Source of the DNA: an uncultured delta proteobacterium
GTDB taxonomy: Bacteria > Desulfobacterota > Binatia > Binatales > Binataceae
Direction of reading: 5' to 3'
Assembly (NCBI GenBank): GCA_963808235.1
Contig: CAWEEQ010000002.1
Location: 64,001-128,000 of the forward strand
DNA length: 64,000 bases
The translations under genes were made by a program, and so were the position numbers. Below the pieces are notes generated by a model. The model was not told where the DNA came from. It made no database searches and was given only the letters and a program-made list of their open reading frames with translations. How positions within the stretch are numbered: the first letter of the stretch is position 1; every line of letters starts with the position of its first letter. Positions 21,308 to 30,374 of this stretch are shown piece after piece.

Positions 21308-21925
21308 ATGAGCGCCATGCCTTTTGTTGACGTCATAGACAAACGACGCGCCTCGGAATATGTGAAGGACCAGCTTTCGCAGGGAACGACGCTGGCCAAG
21401 TTGGTCGCTCAATCAATCGATCTCTCGCGCGGACGTTACCGCGTCGCTATGCCGGAGAGCAGAGAACAGGGAAAAGAGTTTAATCTTAAGTGGGAGACGT
21501 TCCGACTCGCTGGAGATGAGGAAGACACTTTTGCTCGTCTGATCAAATCATTCATCTGCAACGAGGAGTGTGATGTCATTCTCCAGGACACGGGGACATC
21601 AGTGTCCTATCCATACTTTGCGAAGCTGCCGTATCGGAACTTGGCGATGACATATGCGGAGGAGGTCTATTGGAATGTGTCGGATGCGCAGCTAGCTGAT
21701 CTTTCCGACGACGCTATGGGCGACGTCATTAATCACGCGAGCTTCTGGCCCTTCTCGGCTTTCTTCTTTGTCGATGGAATTTCCAAAGGGAAGGCTGAAC
21801 TCGAGGATACTGACTTGCAATTGATTGTGAAGCAGCTAGTTGGAGTGGCTGTGGGAGCGTTCGACGATCGCTCGTACCTAGTCTGGTGGCGAGACGACCT
21901 ACGACCGTTCCCGCTGGTTGCCTAG
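21308..21925 (+). CDS. Putative cytoplasmic immunity protein
   Basis: GAGG RBS, starts 11 nt after the toxin stop, acidic 205-aa protein, lower GC. Confidence 0.7.
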   Translation: MSAMPFVDVIDKRRASEYVKDQLSQGTTLAKLVAQSIDLSRGRYRVAMPESREQGKEFNLKWETFRLAGDEEDTFARLIKSFICNEECDVILQDTGTSVSYPYFAKLPYRNLAMTYAEEVYWNVSDAQLADLSDDAMGDVINHASFWPFSAFFFVDGISKGKAELEDTDLQLIVKQLVGVAVGAFDDRSYLVWWRDDLRPFPLVA

Positions 21926-22122
21926 ATCAGGTGCCGAGCCCCCGTGCCGAGGGCATTTGCGCGAAGTTTCGCATTCCGGTTCCGCTTTCCTGCCTGCCGA
22001 TGCCCCTGCGTCCCCGCCAGCCTGTGCAATAACCGCCGCGATCGTAGCAGGATGCTACGCCGCTAGCCGAAATATTCAACCTAAAGGGCCTCCTGAGGAT
22101 TTCCAATAGTTTCCACAAAGCG

Positions 22123-22557
22123 ATGAGTGTAGAAATGAATGCGATTCAAAAGCAGGAACTCCCTATCGAGATAGTTATCTCCGCAGCATTGCTTCTTAGC
22201 GCGGGCACGATCGGATACAGCGTTGCGGTGTTCGGTATACACGGACTCAGTAGAGTCATTCCGCCATCGAACTGGGGCTTTGTGTTTTTGACGGCCGCTT
22301 CGCTTCTTAGGTTGATATCCGATTCGGACTATCCAGAGACAATCAGAAAGTCCAAATCATTGAGAACGCATTTGCGGCTGTTGTATGTTTGGGCACTGCT
22401 CCTAGGGGTTCTGTTCATAAGTATATTGTTTTTCTCAACCGGTCCCGATCTTGTCGTCGTATGCGTGGCAAGCATCTTTGGACTGATCTCCATATCAATG
22501 GTTATTATTCATAGCCTAAAGCGAGCTGCGAATGTTCCGCGGAGCGCGACACCCTAA
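22123..22557 (+). CDS. Four-TM membrane protein, putative orphan immunity
   Basis: Four hydrophobic segments, AT-rich, located inside the toxin array. Confidence 0.65.
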   Translation: MSVEMNAIQKQELPIEIVISAALLLSAGTIGYSVAVFGIHGLSRVIPPSNWGFVFLTAASLLRLISDSDYPETIRKSKSLRTHLRLLYVWALLLGVLFISILFFSTGPDLVVVCVASIFGLISISMVIIHSLKRAANVPRSATP

Positions 22558-22562
22558 CTGCG

Positions 22563-24101
22563 GTGCGGCGTGCGGCGCTATCCGCGAGCGCGGTTACAAC
22601 GGGTGTGGCGGCGAACCCAGTGGCGACACAGTACGGTTATGACGCGGCGTCAAATTTGACCTCGCAGACCTATCTATACAACAATACTTCACTCGGCAAC
22701 CTGACCTACGGCTATGACCCTGACGGCCGCATGGTCGACGAAGGCGGCAGCTTCGCTCGCGTCAATATTCCACCGCTCATTACGGCGAGTTACAACAACA
22801 GAGATCAGATCAACATCTTTAACAACGCAAACGCAGTGTCCGACCCCGCGAGCAATCTGACCCGCGACCCGGCGACGCTGGCGACCTATTCGTGGGACTC
22901 CCGCAATCAGCTTTCGAGCGTGTCAGGCTCGGTCGCGGTGACCGTGACCTACGACGCGCTTAGCCGCCGGCGTCAAGCGCTGTCTGGCCTGCTGACGACT
23001 ACCTACCTTCATGACGGTTCGGCAGTCGTGTTTTCCTCAATTGCCGCCTCGACCAATGACATGCTCATGCTTCCCGGATCGAGCGAAGTAGTAGCGTTCG
23101 CGAACTCGGTTCCCGGAACAACCACAAACTGGGTGCCGCTGCACGATCTGAGTGGCTCGACAATAGGCCACGTCGATTCGACCGGTAGCGTCGCGAACTC
23201 ATTTACCTACGATCCGAATGGAACCCCGACGGTCACCGGCGCGTCGATCCCCGACCCGTATGAGTTCGCGGGCATGGAGTTGGACCCGACTGGACTCTAT
23301 TACGCAGGTGAGTACTACAGTCCGCGGCTCGTACGATCCATCTCGGAAATCGGTCCGACTAGTGCCAGCGGCAGCGGCGGTGGATCGGGTGGTGGCGGAT
23401 CCGGCGGCGGAGGAGGATCTGGCGGTGGCAGCGGGTTTAACCCCAGCGACTTGTCAGAGCTTCCTAGTTTGTCTCCGATGGGTGGTCCAGGGGGTCCCCA
23501 TATCGGTGGTCTGACCCTAAGCCAAGCATCCCGAAACGCTGAAATCGGCCAGATTGGGGGTATTATAGGTGCTATCGTGGGAGCCTCAGTGGGGGCACCT
23601 CTTGCGGGTTACGTGGTGGGTGACCTGATAGTAACGGGATTCTTAGATTTTATCGACCTTTTTGGGGGCAGCGATCAACCCAAGCCTACCCGGAAGCAAT
23701 TACAAATGCCGGGCCCGGTGATAGCCGCAAAAATCGGAGTCAGCGTGGCAAATATGTCTCTGACCCAAAGCGTCCTGGCAGATCCTCCCAGCGACGGCAC
23801 GCCCTTACAGAGCGTTGGCTTCAATCTTCCGGCTCCTGGCTACAACTATTGCGGGCCCGGTAACTACGCTCCTCTTCCGCCCAATGGAGAGAGCGATCAA
23901 TGCTGCCAAGCTCACGATAATGCCTACGATCAGTACGGCCTTTCAGCGGGCTCTGTCTTTCTTCATCCCTTCGGGATCGGCGCGGGCGCGGGCCAGCTAA
24001 CCGCCGACGCGGGCCTGTGTGCCTGCCTGCACGCCCATGTTCGAACAGGCCCCTACGATAGTCTGGTCGGCGGCATAGCTGAGGGTATCTTCTGCCACTG
24101 A
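22563..24101 (+). pseudogene. Orphan RHS fragment with a phospholipase A2-like C-terminal domain (5'-truncated)
   Basis: YGYDAASNLT, YGYDPDGR, TYDALSRR and YEFAGMELDPTGLYY, then a Gly linker, a hydrophobic helix and YNYCGPG...DQCCQAHDNAY. Confidence 0.8.
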
Positions 24102-24113
24102 GGGTGATCTCTA

Positions 24114-25280
24114 ATGCAAGTTATCAGTCAATCTCGCGGAATAAACCTCTTCGGTATGCTGCTTCTGAGCCTGACTATATGTTGTACCCGGCTCGCGGCA
24201 GAATCCTTGCCCGAGTGGATGCAGCCAGGGGTGCGCAAAGGCGTCGGCAGCCTCGAAAAGCGGCTTTTCTTGAACGTCGGCAATATCGGGACGGTGACGG
24301 ATATTCAGCGCGGGAACCTTCGCTCTCCGGGAGTAATCGAATTGGGAGTCGCTGGCAACTACGGCGCCAGGTTTTTCGACCAGGCAGGGAAGACGCAGGC
24401 GACCGTCGATTTTGTGGTTCGAACCCCGATGGGAGCGAGGGTTTCCGCCAAAATTGTGAAGCAGTCACGCGCAAACGGACTGCTCTTCCTTCGTCAGTCA
24501 GGGCCAGCGAGGATCTATGATAGTGTGGTCGATTCTAGCGGCAAGGAAGTTTGGCAAACTCCGTTTCCCCCTCTGACCAGCACCTTTGGCGATCTAAAGG
24601 GAGAGGGGGCGCCAGAATTCGTCTTTGCTGGAGAGGATAGCGCAATCGAGGCGCGAGATGTCTCAGGCGCGGTCATCTGGCGAAATGGAAAAGTTGGCTG
24701 GGCCTATAAGGTTGATTTTGTTGAGCCCGAGGAGGGCCGGCAATCCGAACTACTCGTCGATGTCAGTGGAACCCTCGTTGGGCTCGGAACAACCGGCGAA
24801 ATCTTGTTTAAGCGGAAGCCCGCCATAGACCTTTTCTTCAGCGACTTTTCGACGCTCCGGTGGCCAACCGTTTGCCAGGGCCAATGTCTGCTCATTAGCG
24901 GGAACGACAAGATTTTTCTGCTCACTCTTGATGCGGAAAAGGTGGTGACACAGCTTGACGCCCGCTACCTCTATGGGGCTCGTGGTGTGGCCGTTCGTTT
25001 CCACGAGAAGCAGGCGCCGCTATTGGCCGTGGCCGGACTTCTGGAATATCAGGGAAAGCGGGCGGTGGGTTTTGAAGCGGTTCACTCCGCGCTCTACGTC
25101 TTCGACGCTCACCGAAATCTCGTCTACAACGAAGTTCTTCCCGAGCGAGTTGAGGCACTCGGTGTGTTGCCAGCTGCGAACGGCAAAAGCGAGACTCTTT
25201 TGGTAGGCGGCGAGAATAAGGTTTGGCAATACTCCGCGCCTCTCGCGAACACGTCGCACTCACCTCAGGTGTCGAACTAG
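24114..25280 (+). CDS. Secreted beta-rich (propeller-like) protein, putative PLA2 immunity
   Basis: Signal-peptide-like N-terminus and repeated D-x-x-G-x-x-x-W/F turns (DSSGKEVW, DVSGAVIW, GTTGEILF). Starts 12 nt after the toxin stop. Confidence 0.7.
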   Translation: MQVISQSRGINLFGMLLLSLTICCTRLAAESLPEWMQPGVRKGVGSLEKRLFLNVGNIGTVTDIQRGNLRSPGVIELGVAGNYGARFFDQAGKTQATVDFVVRTPMGARVSAKIVKQSRANGLLFLRQSGPARIYDSVVDSSGKEVWQTPFPPLTSTFGDLKGEGAPEFVFAGEDSAIEARDVSGAVIWRNGKVGWAYKVDFVEPEEGRQSELLVDVSGTLVGLGTTGEILFKRKPAIDLFFSDFSTLRWPTVCQGQCLLISGNDKIFLLTLDAEKVVTQLDARYLYGARGVAVRFHEKQAPLLAVAGLLEYQGKRAVGFEAVHSALYVFDAHRNLVYNEVLPERVEALGVLPAANGKSETLLVGGENKVWQYSAPLANTSHSPQVSN

Positions 25281-25440
25281 CGTCAGCTTCCGTCTCGACG
25301 CCGCAAGGCGGGTCCAGGATAGCAACTAACGGCAGCGCGGTCGAATTTCGAAAAATTCCGGTTGCGGGACGCGATCGCGCGAGCGCGGTCGCATCGTCAC
25401 TCGCAGAAGATTTGAGCTAGCGATCAAAAAACGCGGAGAG

Positions 25441-25485
25441 CAGAAAAGCGAACGCCGAATCCGGATTTCCGGATTCGGCGTTCGC
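25441..25485 (-). terminator. Intrinsic terminator of the beta-propeller gene
   Basis: 18-bp perfect inverted repeat at 25448-25485, followed on the minus strand by TTTTCT. Confidence 0.8.
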
Positions 25486-25503
25486 GATTAAGGATCGAAG
25501 AGG

Positions 25504-27102
25504 TTAATTGGCCGCGCTTGTGACCTCATGAAACTGAGGCAGCGCGACGCCGATCGGGAGACTCATTTTCGACTGTGGGCCCTTGATGATTACTTTCGGA
25601 GGGCCGCCGCCGGTCGTCGCATCGTACATCACGAGCGAATTGTTCATGTTGCTCACGACGTACAGATCGCCGTCGGGGGCAAGCGCGATTCCTTCCGGCC
25701 GCTGCAGGGTGTTGGGGCCATGGATGACGCCGATCTCGTCGTCAACGAATGGCTCGTTCACGTCGAAGATCTTGACAGTATTGTCGCCCGCATCGGTGAC
25801 GTACAGGATCTGGTGATCGGTCTCGCCAGTAGGATCGGTGCCCACCGCAACAAACAACGGATTGACGAAAGTGCCGGGAGTAAGACCAACGATGTTGATC
25901 GGAGACGCATCGCCAAATGCGCCCGCCTCGTACTCGGTGATGAATGGAGCGGGAAATGGCACCGGCGACGACCCGAGCGCGAAGCTTCCCTCATTGGCGA
26001 CCCATAGGTCCCCGAACCTATCGAAAGTCAGGCCGACCGGGGCGAATAAGTCAGTAAGACATCCGCCGATTGTCGCGTTTTGGGCGTATACCATAACGAC
26101 GGGGTGGCAAGTAGTAGGGTCAGTGCATGTCAAATCCGAAGCAGGATTTGGTGGATTGACCGTAGCTGGAGGAATCGGAACCTCAAATGTGACGACAGCA
26201 GGTGTCGGAGAAACGTTACCCGTATCGCCGGAGTTGTACTCAGTGATCGTGCCAAAGGTTGGGAGAGTCGTTACACCGCAAAATAAGAAATCGTCGGCGC
26301 TCCCTGCCACGACTTGCCCGAAGTTCGCAACCGCAAATTGATCGGTTACGGTGAGACTTTGGCTGGGGGTCTTTCCGATGCAAATGGCGGGCAGTGGATT
26401 CGAGGTATCCAGGCACAAGAAGGGATCGTTAAACGCGACGCCCTGAGGCAGAAACAGCCCGGTGTTGTTGTCGAGCTGCTCGCCAAAGGGCCCCTCAAAC
26501 GTATTGTTGAGAATAGCCGCCGTGCCACCGTCGATAAATTGCTCAGGGGCGGTATTGCCGGTTGCGCCAGCTGGGAATACGGCCACGGACCCCGGTGAGC
26601 TTGTCGTTACGCAGTCGAACTGAGTTCTCGGCTCACAGGTCAGAGCGTGCGCTCCGTGTCCCAAATGGCAGTCGTCCGGACACGCGGTGAATGTGCCATT
26701 CTTGAATACGAACGGCGGCACCGGTACGCCAAGCGTCAGCGCTACTGCGATATCCCCATCCACCGAGCTTTGCGCAAGGCCACTGGCACCGTTCGAGGCG
26801 CCCAGCAGGGTCGCGGGTCCTCGTAGTACTATGGTGGGTGGTGAGTTGGCGAACGAGCCCGCAGCAAAAGTCTCTACGCTGCCTGCGAACAGGGTGCCGA
26901 AGTTCGAGACGACTACTGTATCTCCCGTCGAGTGCCGCGCGTAACTGGTCCCGGCGCTGCCGGCCAGGAACGCAATAGTCGAAACCACCATCGCCAAAGC
27001 CGAAAGCCGGCGCACATCCGCCAGGCATCGTAGCGCGGCTCTGTGCGCCAACGAGGTACCTTCCCTACCCTGCGTCATCATCTGCATCCTTCCATGCGTC
27101 AT
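25504..27102 (-). CDS. Secreted NHL-repeat/beta-propeller protein
   Basis: Signal peptide and blades FLPQGVAF, FAPVGLTFDRFGDLWVAN, QRPEGIALAPDGDLYV and SLPIGVAL, with Cys-rich insertions. Confidence 0.8.
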   Translation of the reverse strand: MTHGRMQMMTQGREGTSLAHRAALRCLADVRRLSALAMVVSTIAFLAGSAGTSYARHSTGDTVVVSNFGTLFAGSVETFAAGSFANSPPTIVLRGPATLLGASNGASGLAQSSVDGDIAVALTLGVPVPPFVFKNGTFTACPDDCHLGHGAHALTCEPRTQFDCVTTSSPGSVAVFPAGATGNTAPEQFIDGGTAAILNNTFEGPFGEQLDNNTGLFLPQGVAFNDPFLCLDTSNPLPAICIGKTPSQSLTVTDQFAVANFGQVVAGSADDFLFCGVTTLPTFGTITEYNSGDTGNVSPTPAVVTFEVPIPPATVNPPNPASDLTCTDPTTCHPVVMVYAQNATIGGCLTDLFAPVGLTFDRFGDLWVANEGSFALGSSPVPFPAPFITEYEAGAFGDASPINIVGLTPGTFVNPLFVAVGTDPTGETDHQILYVTDAGDNTVKIFDVNEPFVDDEIGVIHGPNTLQRPEGIALAPDGDLYVVSNMNNSLVMYDATTGGGPPKVIIKGPQSKMSLPIGVALPQFHEVTSAAN

Positions 27103-27738
27103 TGTTTATAACCCCCGCCGAGGCGATCAGGCGCCTCGTCTGCTGACCCATCAAACCTGTAAAACTTATGCTGTCTACAGTTTCCCCTCGGTACCGCCGG
27201 CACTTGGAAACCGACGCGCCCCCCGAGAATCACTGCGGACACGCATTCGGACGTGGTTAATACGCTGATCGGATGCCAAATTCAAGTGCGCCGTAATTCT
27301 TTGTTCATGACGGCTTGAATTCGTCTCGCATCTCCTCTGCGGTTTGCACATCCTGCAGGCAGTTCAGCCAACTCAAATCGAGGCGGGAATTTTCGAGTAG
27401 TGGGGAAGAGCTCAGGAGGGGGGTATGGATCATGATGCTACGAAAGCATAAATTGCGGCAGGTCCAAATCGCGCCGAGGACGGAGTTATCGGACCGGATC
27501 GGGTGGCGTCCGAGGGCGCGAAGGGAGGAAGTCAAATAATCACGCGTCGCTTAGTGGAGTGTCGCAAAGATGTGACGGGCGTATGTCCCCTTCTTGACAA
27601 GGCAGGGATGGGAATGGTAGCTAGACCGCGTTCGTAGCTTTCCTGACGAGCGAACGAGGAAGAAGTGTCTAACGTTCGTCGGATTTGGACGAGGGGTTCG
27701 ACGAAATCTTTAGGGCTCCAACTGGCTTGGGGGTGTCT

Positions 27739-29622
27739 ATGCAGAACGGGAATTTGGGATTAGGCGGAACGCGGTGGCGTGGTCTTCTGGTAACGTCCGT
27801 GGCGATTGCTGCGGCGCTGTGGTCATCGGTGGCGATGGCGACGATCACGCAGGGTGACTTCTCGGTCTTTGGATTTTTCGAAACTCGCGAGGCAGGCCAC
27901 TGGGGTGAGGGCGGATCGAATCTCAATTCGACTCCGACCGTCTTCAGAAACGTAACCCCGACCTCGACCTTCGCGCTGCCCGGACAAGCGGCGACGCGGA
28001 CTGGCGGCAGCTACGATTTCAACCATTGGGATCTGGCCGAAGCGCGCCAGTTGGCGGACATCCGGCCCGACTATCACATGATCAAGAACTACAAGTTTCT
28101 TGGTCGCTTCGACACGCTGCTGATCAAGGACGCGGACTTCTTCGCATTCTACCGTCCCTGGTACGACGCCGAAGGGACGTTGAAGAACAAGGGCCGCGTG
28201 GAGCCGTTCACGGACGCCTCGAACTACACTCATCGCCAGTTGCAACAGGAATACTTCAAGAACGATCTGCGCGAATATTATGCGCAGTTGAACTTCACCG
28301 ATAACTTCTCCGCGCGAATCGGCAAACAGCAGATCATCTGGTCGGAAGCCGACGCATTGTCAGGCACCGAAGTCACCAACGTAGTCAACTCGCGATGGCA
28401 TGGTGTTTACGGTGCGGAATCGGCGGAAGACGAGCGCACCAATCTGCGCATGATCAAACTCAACTACATCCTGCCCGACTTTCTGAAGACGGCCAACAAC
28501 GAGTTGGAAGGCTTCGTCATCCCGGGCGATTTTGAAGGCGCCGGACCGATTCAGGCACAGACCGACCCGCGCAACCCGTACGTCACTCCTGCGCCGGAAA
28601 ATGCCGGTACCGGCTTAAGCGGTGTCTTTCCGCTCAGCATCAACCAGGCAGGCCAGCGGATGCGGGTGCAGATGGTGCCCGACTTTCTGAGCAAGCCGAT
28701 GATCTTCGTTCCGATTTTCACCTCCGGCGCGAACAAGGGCTTCGGTGAATTCGCCGACGCCAACCTGGTAAGCGTCAGCCGCACGCCGTCGAACTCGCTG
28801 CAGAACAGTGAATTTGGCGCGCGCTATTCGACCCTGCTGCCGATCGGAAACGGTCTGCAGACGAGCCTCATCTACCTGTATGAGTTCCGCGGTGCGCGCG
28901 GCACCACCTGCAACTGCAACTCACTGGCGGAAACACTATTTCCGGGCTCGGTCCCGACTGCGAACCGGGGCGTTTACCTGCAGCCGGGAAAGAAAATATT
29001 CAGAGCCGCACCGGGCGTTCCGGTGTTGGGTACATTGAACATCCTCTCGCAGACCAACTATCGGCGTAACAATTTCTTCGGCGCGACTGGAACCTATTAC
29101 GACAAAGACCTGACCGACATCGTGTATCGCTACAACGTCCTGTATCAGCCTGACACCCCGGTTGCCGTTCCAGGCACGGTGAGCACGACCGGTTCGGAGT
29201 GGACCGAGTCGACCCGCTTCATTCTTGCCGGCGACCGCCCGACGTACATCCCGTGGATTTCGAAACAGCACACGTTCCTGACCGCGCAATACGTCAATAC
29301 GTGGTATCCGGATCGTCCGAGTGGTGCGGGCCCCCAGCTGGAGTCCGGCAAGATTCGTGAGATCTCGAACTTCGCATTTGTCGCGGCAACGAACTGGCTG
29401 ATGAACGGCCAGTTGACGGCGGGCAACGTTCTTTTGTGGGACATCGACGACAACGTCGGTGCGTTCACGACCACCAACGTGTACCGCTACTCGCGTAACG
29501 TGCTGTTCGGGGTGAATGCGCAGTGGTTCCTCGGCCAGAGCGGACGCTACACCGATCCGTTCCTGCTGAGCCGCTATCAGCGCGCGAACGAGCTGGAGTT
29601 CACCTTCACGTACGAAATCTAG
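27739..29622 (+). CDS. DUF1302-like outer-membrane beta-barrel protein
   Basis: Signal peptide, LREYYAQL...RIGKQQIIWSEAD, EFGARYS and a C-terminal beta-signal-like ELEFTFTYEI. Confidence 0.75.
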   Translation: MQNGNLGLGGTRWRGLLVTSVAIAAALWSSVAMATITQGDFSVFGFFETREAGHWGEGGSNLNSTPTVFRNVTPTSTFALPGQAATRTGGSYDFNHWDLAEARQLADIRPDYHMIKNYKFLGRFDTLLIKDADFFAFYRPWYDAEGTLKNKGRVEPFTDASNYTHRQLQQEYFKNDLREYYAQLNFTDNFSARIGKQQIIWSEADALSGTEVTNVVNSRWHGVYGAESAEDERTNLRMIKLNYILPDFLKTANNELEGFVIPGDFEGAGPIQAQTDPRNPYVTPAPENAGTGLSGVFPLSINQAGQRMRVQMVPDFLSKPMIFVPIFTSGANKGFGEFADANLVSVSRTPSNSLQNSEFGARYSTLLPIGNGLQTSLIYLYEFRGARGTTCNCNSLAETLFPGSVPTANRGVYLQPGKKIFRAAPGVPVLGTLNILSQTNYRRNNFFGATGTYYDKDLTDIVYRYNVLYQPDTPVAVPGTVSTTGSEWTESTRFILAGDRPTYIPWISKQHTFLTAQYVNTWYPDRPSGAGPQLESGKIREISNFAFVAATNWLMNGQLTAGNVLLWDIDDNVGAFTTTNVYRYSRNVLFGVNAQWFLGQSGRYTDPFLLSRYQRANELEFTFTYEI

Positions 29623-29640
29623 ACAGCGATTGGACTGATC

Positions 29641-29678
29641 AGGCGGCTGTGGCATAAGCTACAGCCGCCTTCTTTTTT
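29641..29678 (+). terminator. Intrinsic terminator
   Basis: AGGCGGCTGTGGC-ATAA-GCTACAGCCGCCT followed by TCTTTTTT. Confidence 0.85.
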
Positions 29679-29731
29679 GGCGCATCGGGCAGTCGCCGGC
29701 GAGCTCGCCGCACGGTCATGCGCGCGCCGTC

Positions 29732-30247
29732 ATGAAAGACAATCGACAAACGGACTGGTACCTGGTGCGCACGAAGACCGGCAAGGAGCGCTGGGTTCGC
29801 GACCAACTGGCGACTCGCGGCGCCGAGGTCTTCTTGCCGCTCCTGAAGGCGAAGGCGCCGCGCTGGGGCCGGATGGCGATATCGGTGGGGCCGCTTTTCC
29901 CGGGCTACGTCTTTGCGAAGTTCGACTTGCAGCTCGAGTACTTCGACATCAAGTACATGAGCGGAGTGCGGGGGATCGTGTCAGCGGGAACCGATCCGCT
30001 GGCGGTGCCGACGGCAATCGTGAGCGAGATTCGCCGGCGCGGCGTCGACGACGTGATCGAAATACCCGACAAGCCTTTTGGCAAGGGTGAACGGGTGCTG
30101 GTCGTGGAAGGGCCGTTTCGCGGCTTCGAGGCCATCTTCCAGAGCTACCTCTCCGGCGCGGAACGGGTGGCAATCCTGCTGAGCGCGGTCGAGTCGGGGG
30201 GCTTGCGGGTCGTGCTGTCGGCGTCGGCGCTCGCCAAGGACAGGTGA
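29732..30247 (+). CDS. NusG-paralog antiterminator (RfaH/UpxY-like)
   Basis: NGN domain motifs WYLVRTK and PLFPGYVF, KOW motif GERVLVVEGPFRGFEAIF. Confidence 0.9.
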   Translation: MKDNRQTDWYLVRTKTGKERWVRDQLATRGAEVFLPLLKAKAPRWGRMAISVGPLFPGYVFAKFDLQLEYFDIKYMSGVRGIVSAGTDPLAVPTAIVSEIRRRGVDDVIEIPDKPFGKGERVLVVEGPFRGFEAIFQSYLSGAERVAILLSAVESGGLRVVLSASALAKDR

Positions 30248-30374
30248 ACAAATAGCGAATGTATTGGCGCAAGTAGGCGTCTATCGGCGGGACTAGCAAT
30301 TCGCTCGCGATTGTAGGACAAACAGAGGTTGCCGTTGCGCGGCAGGGGCCTCCGCGGCCACGAGACAATCGCGA

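Noticed and set aside
23365-23432. GGC/GGT/GGA low-complexity tract (also about 20600-20680)
   Set aside because: It encodes the Gly/Ser linker of the RHS fragments and is not an independent DNA repeat.
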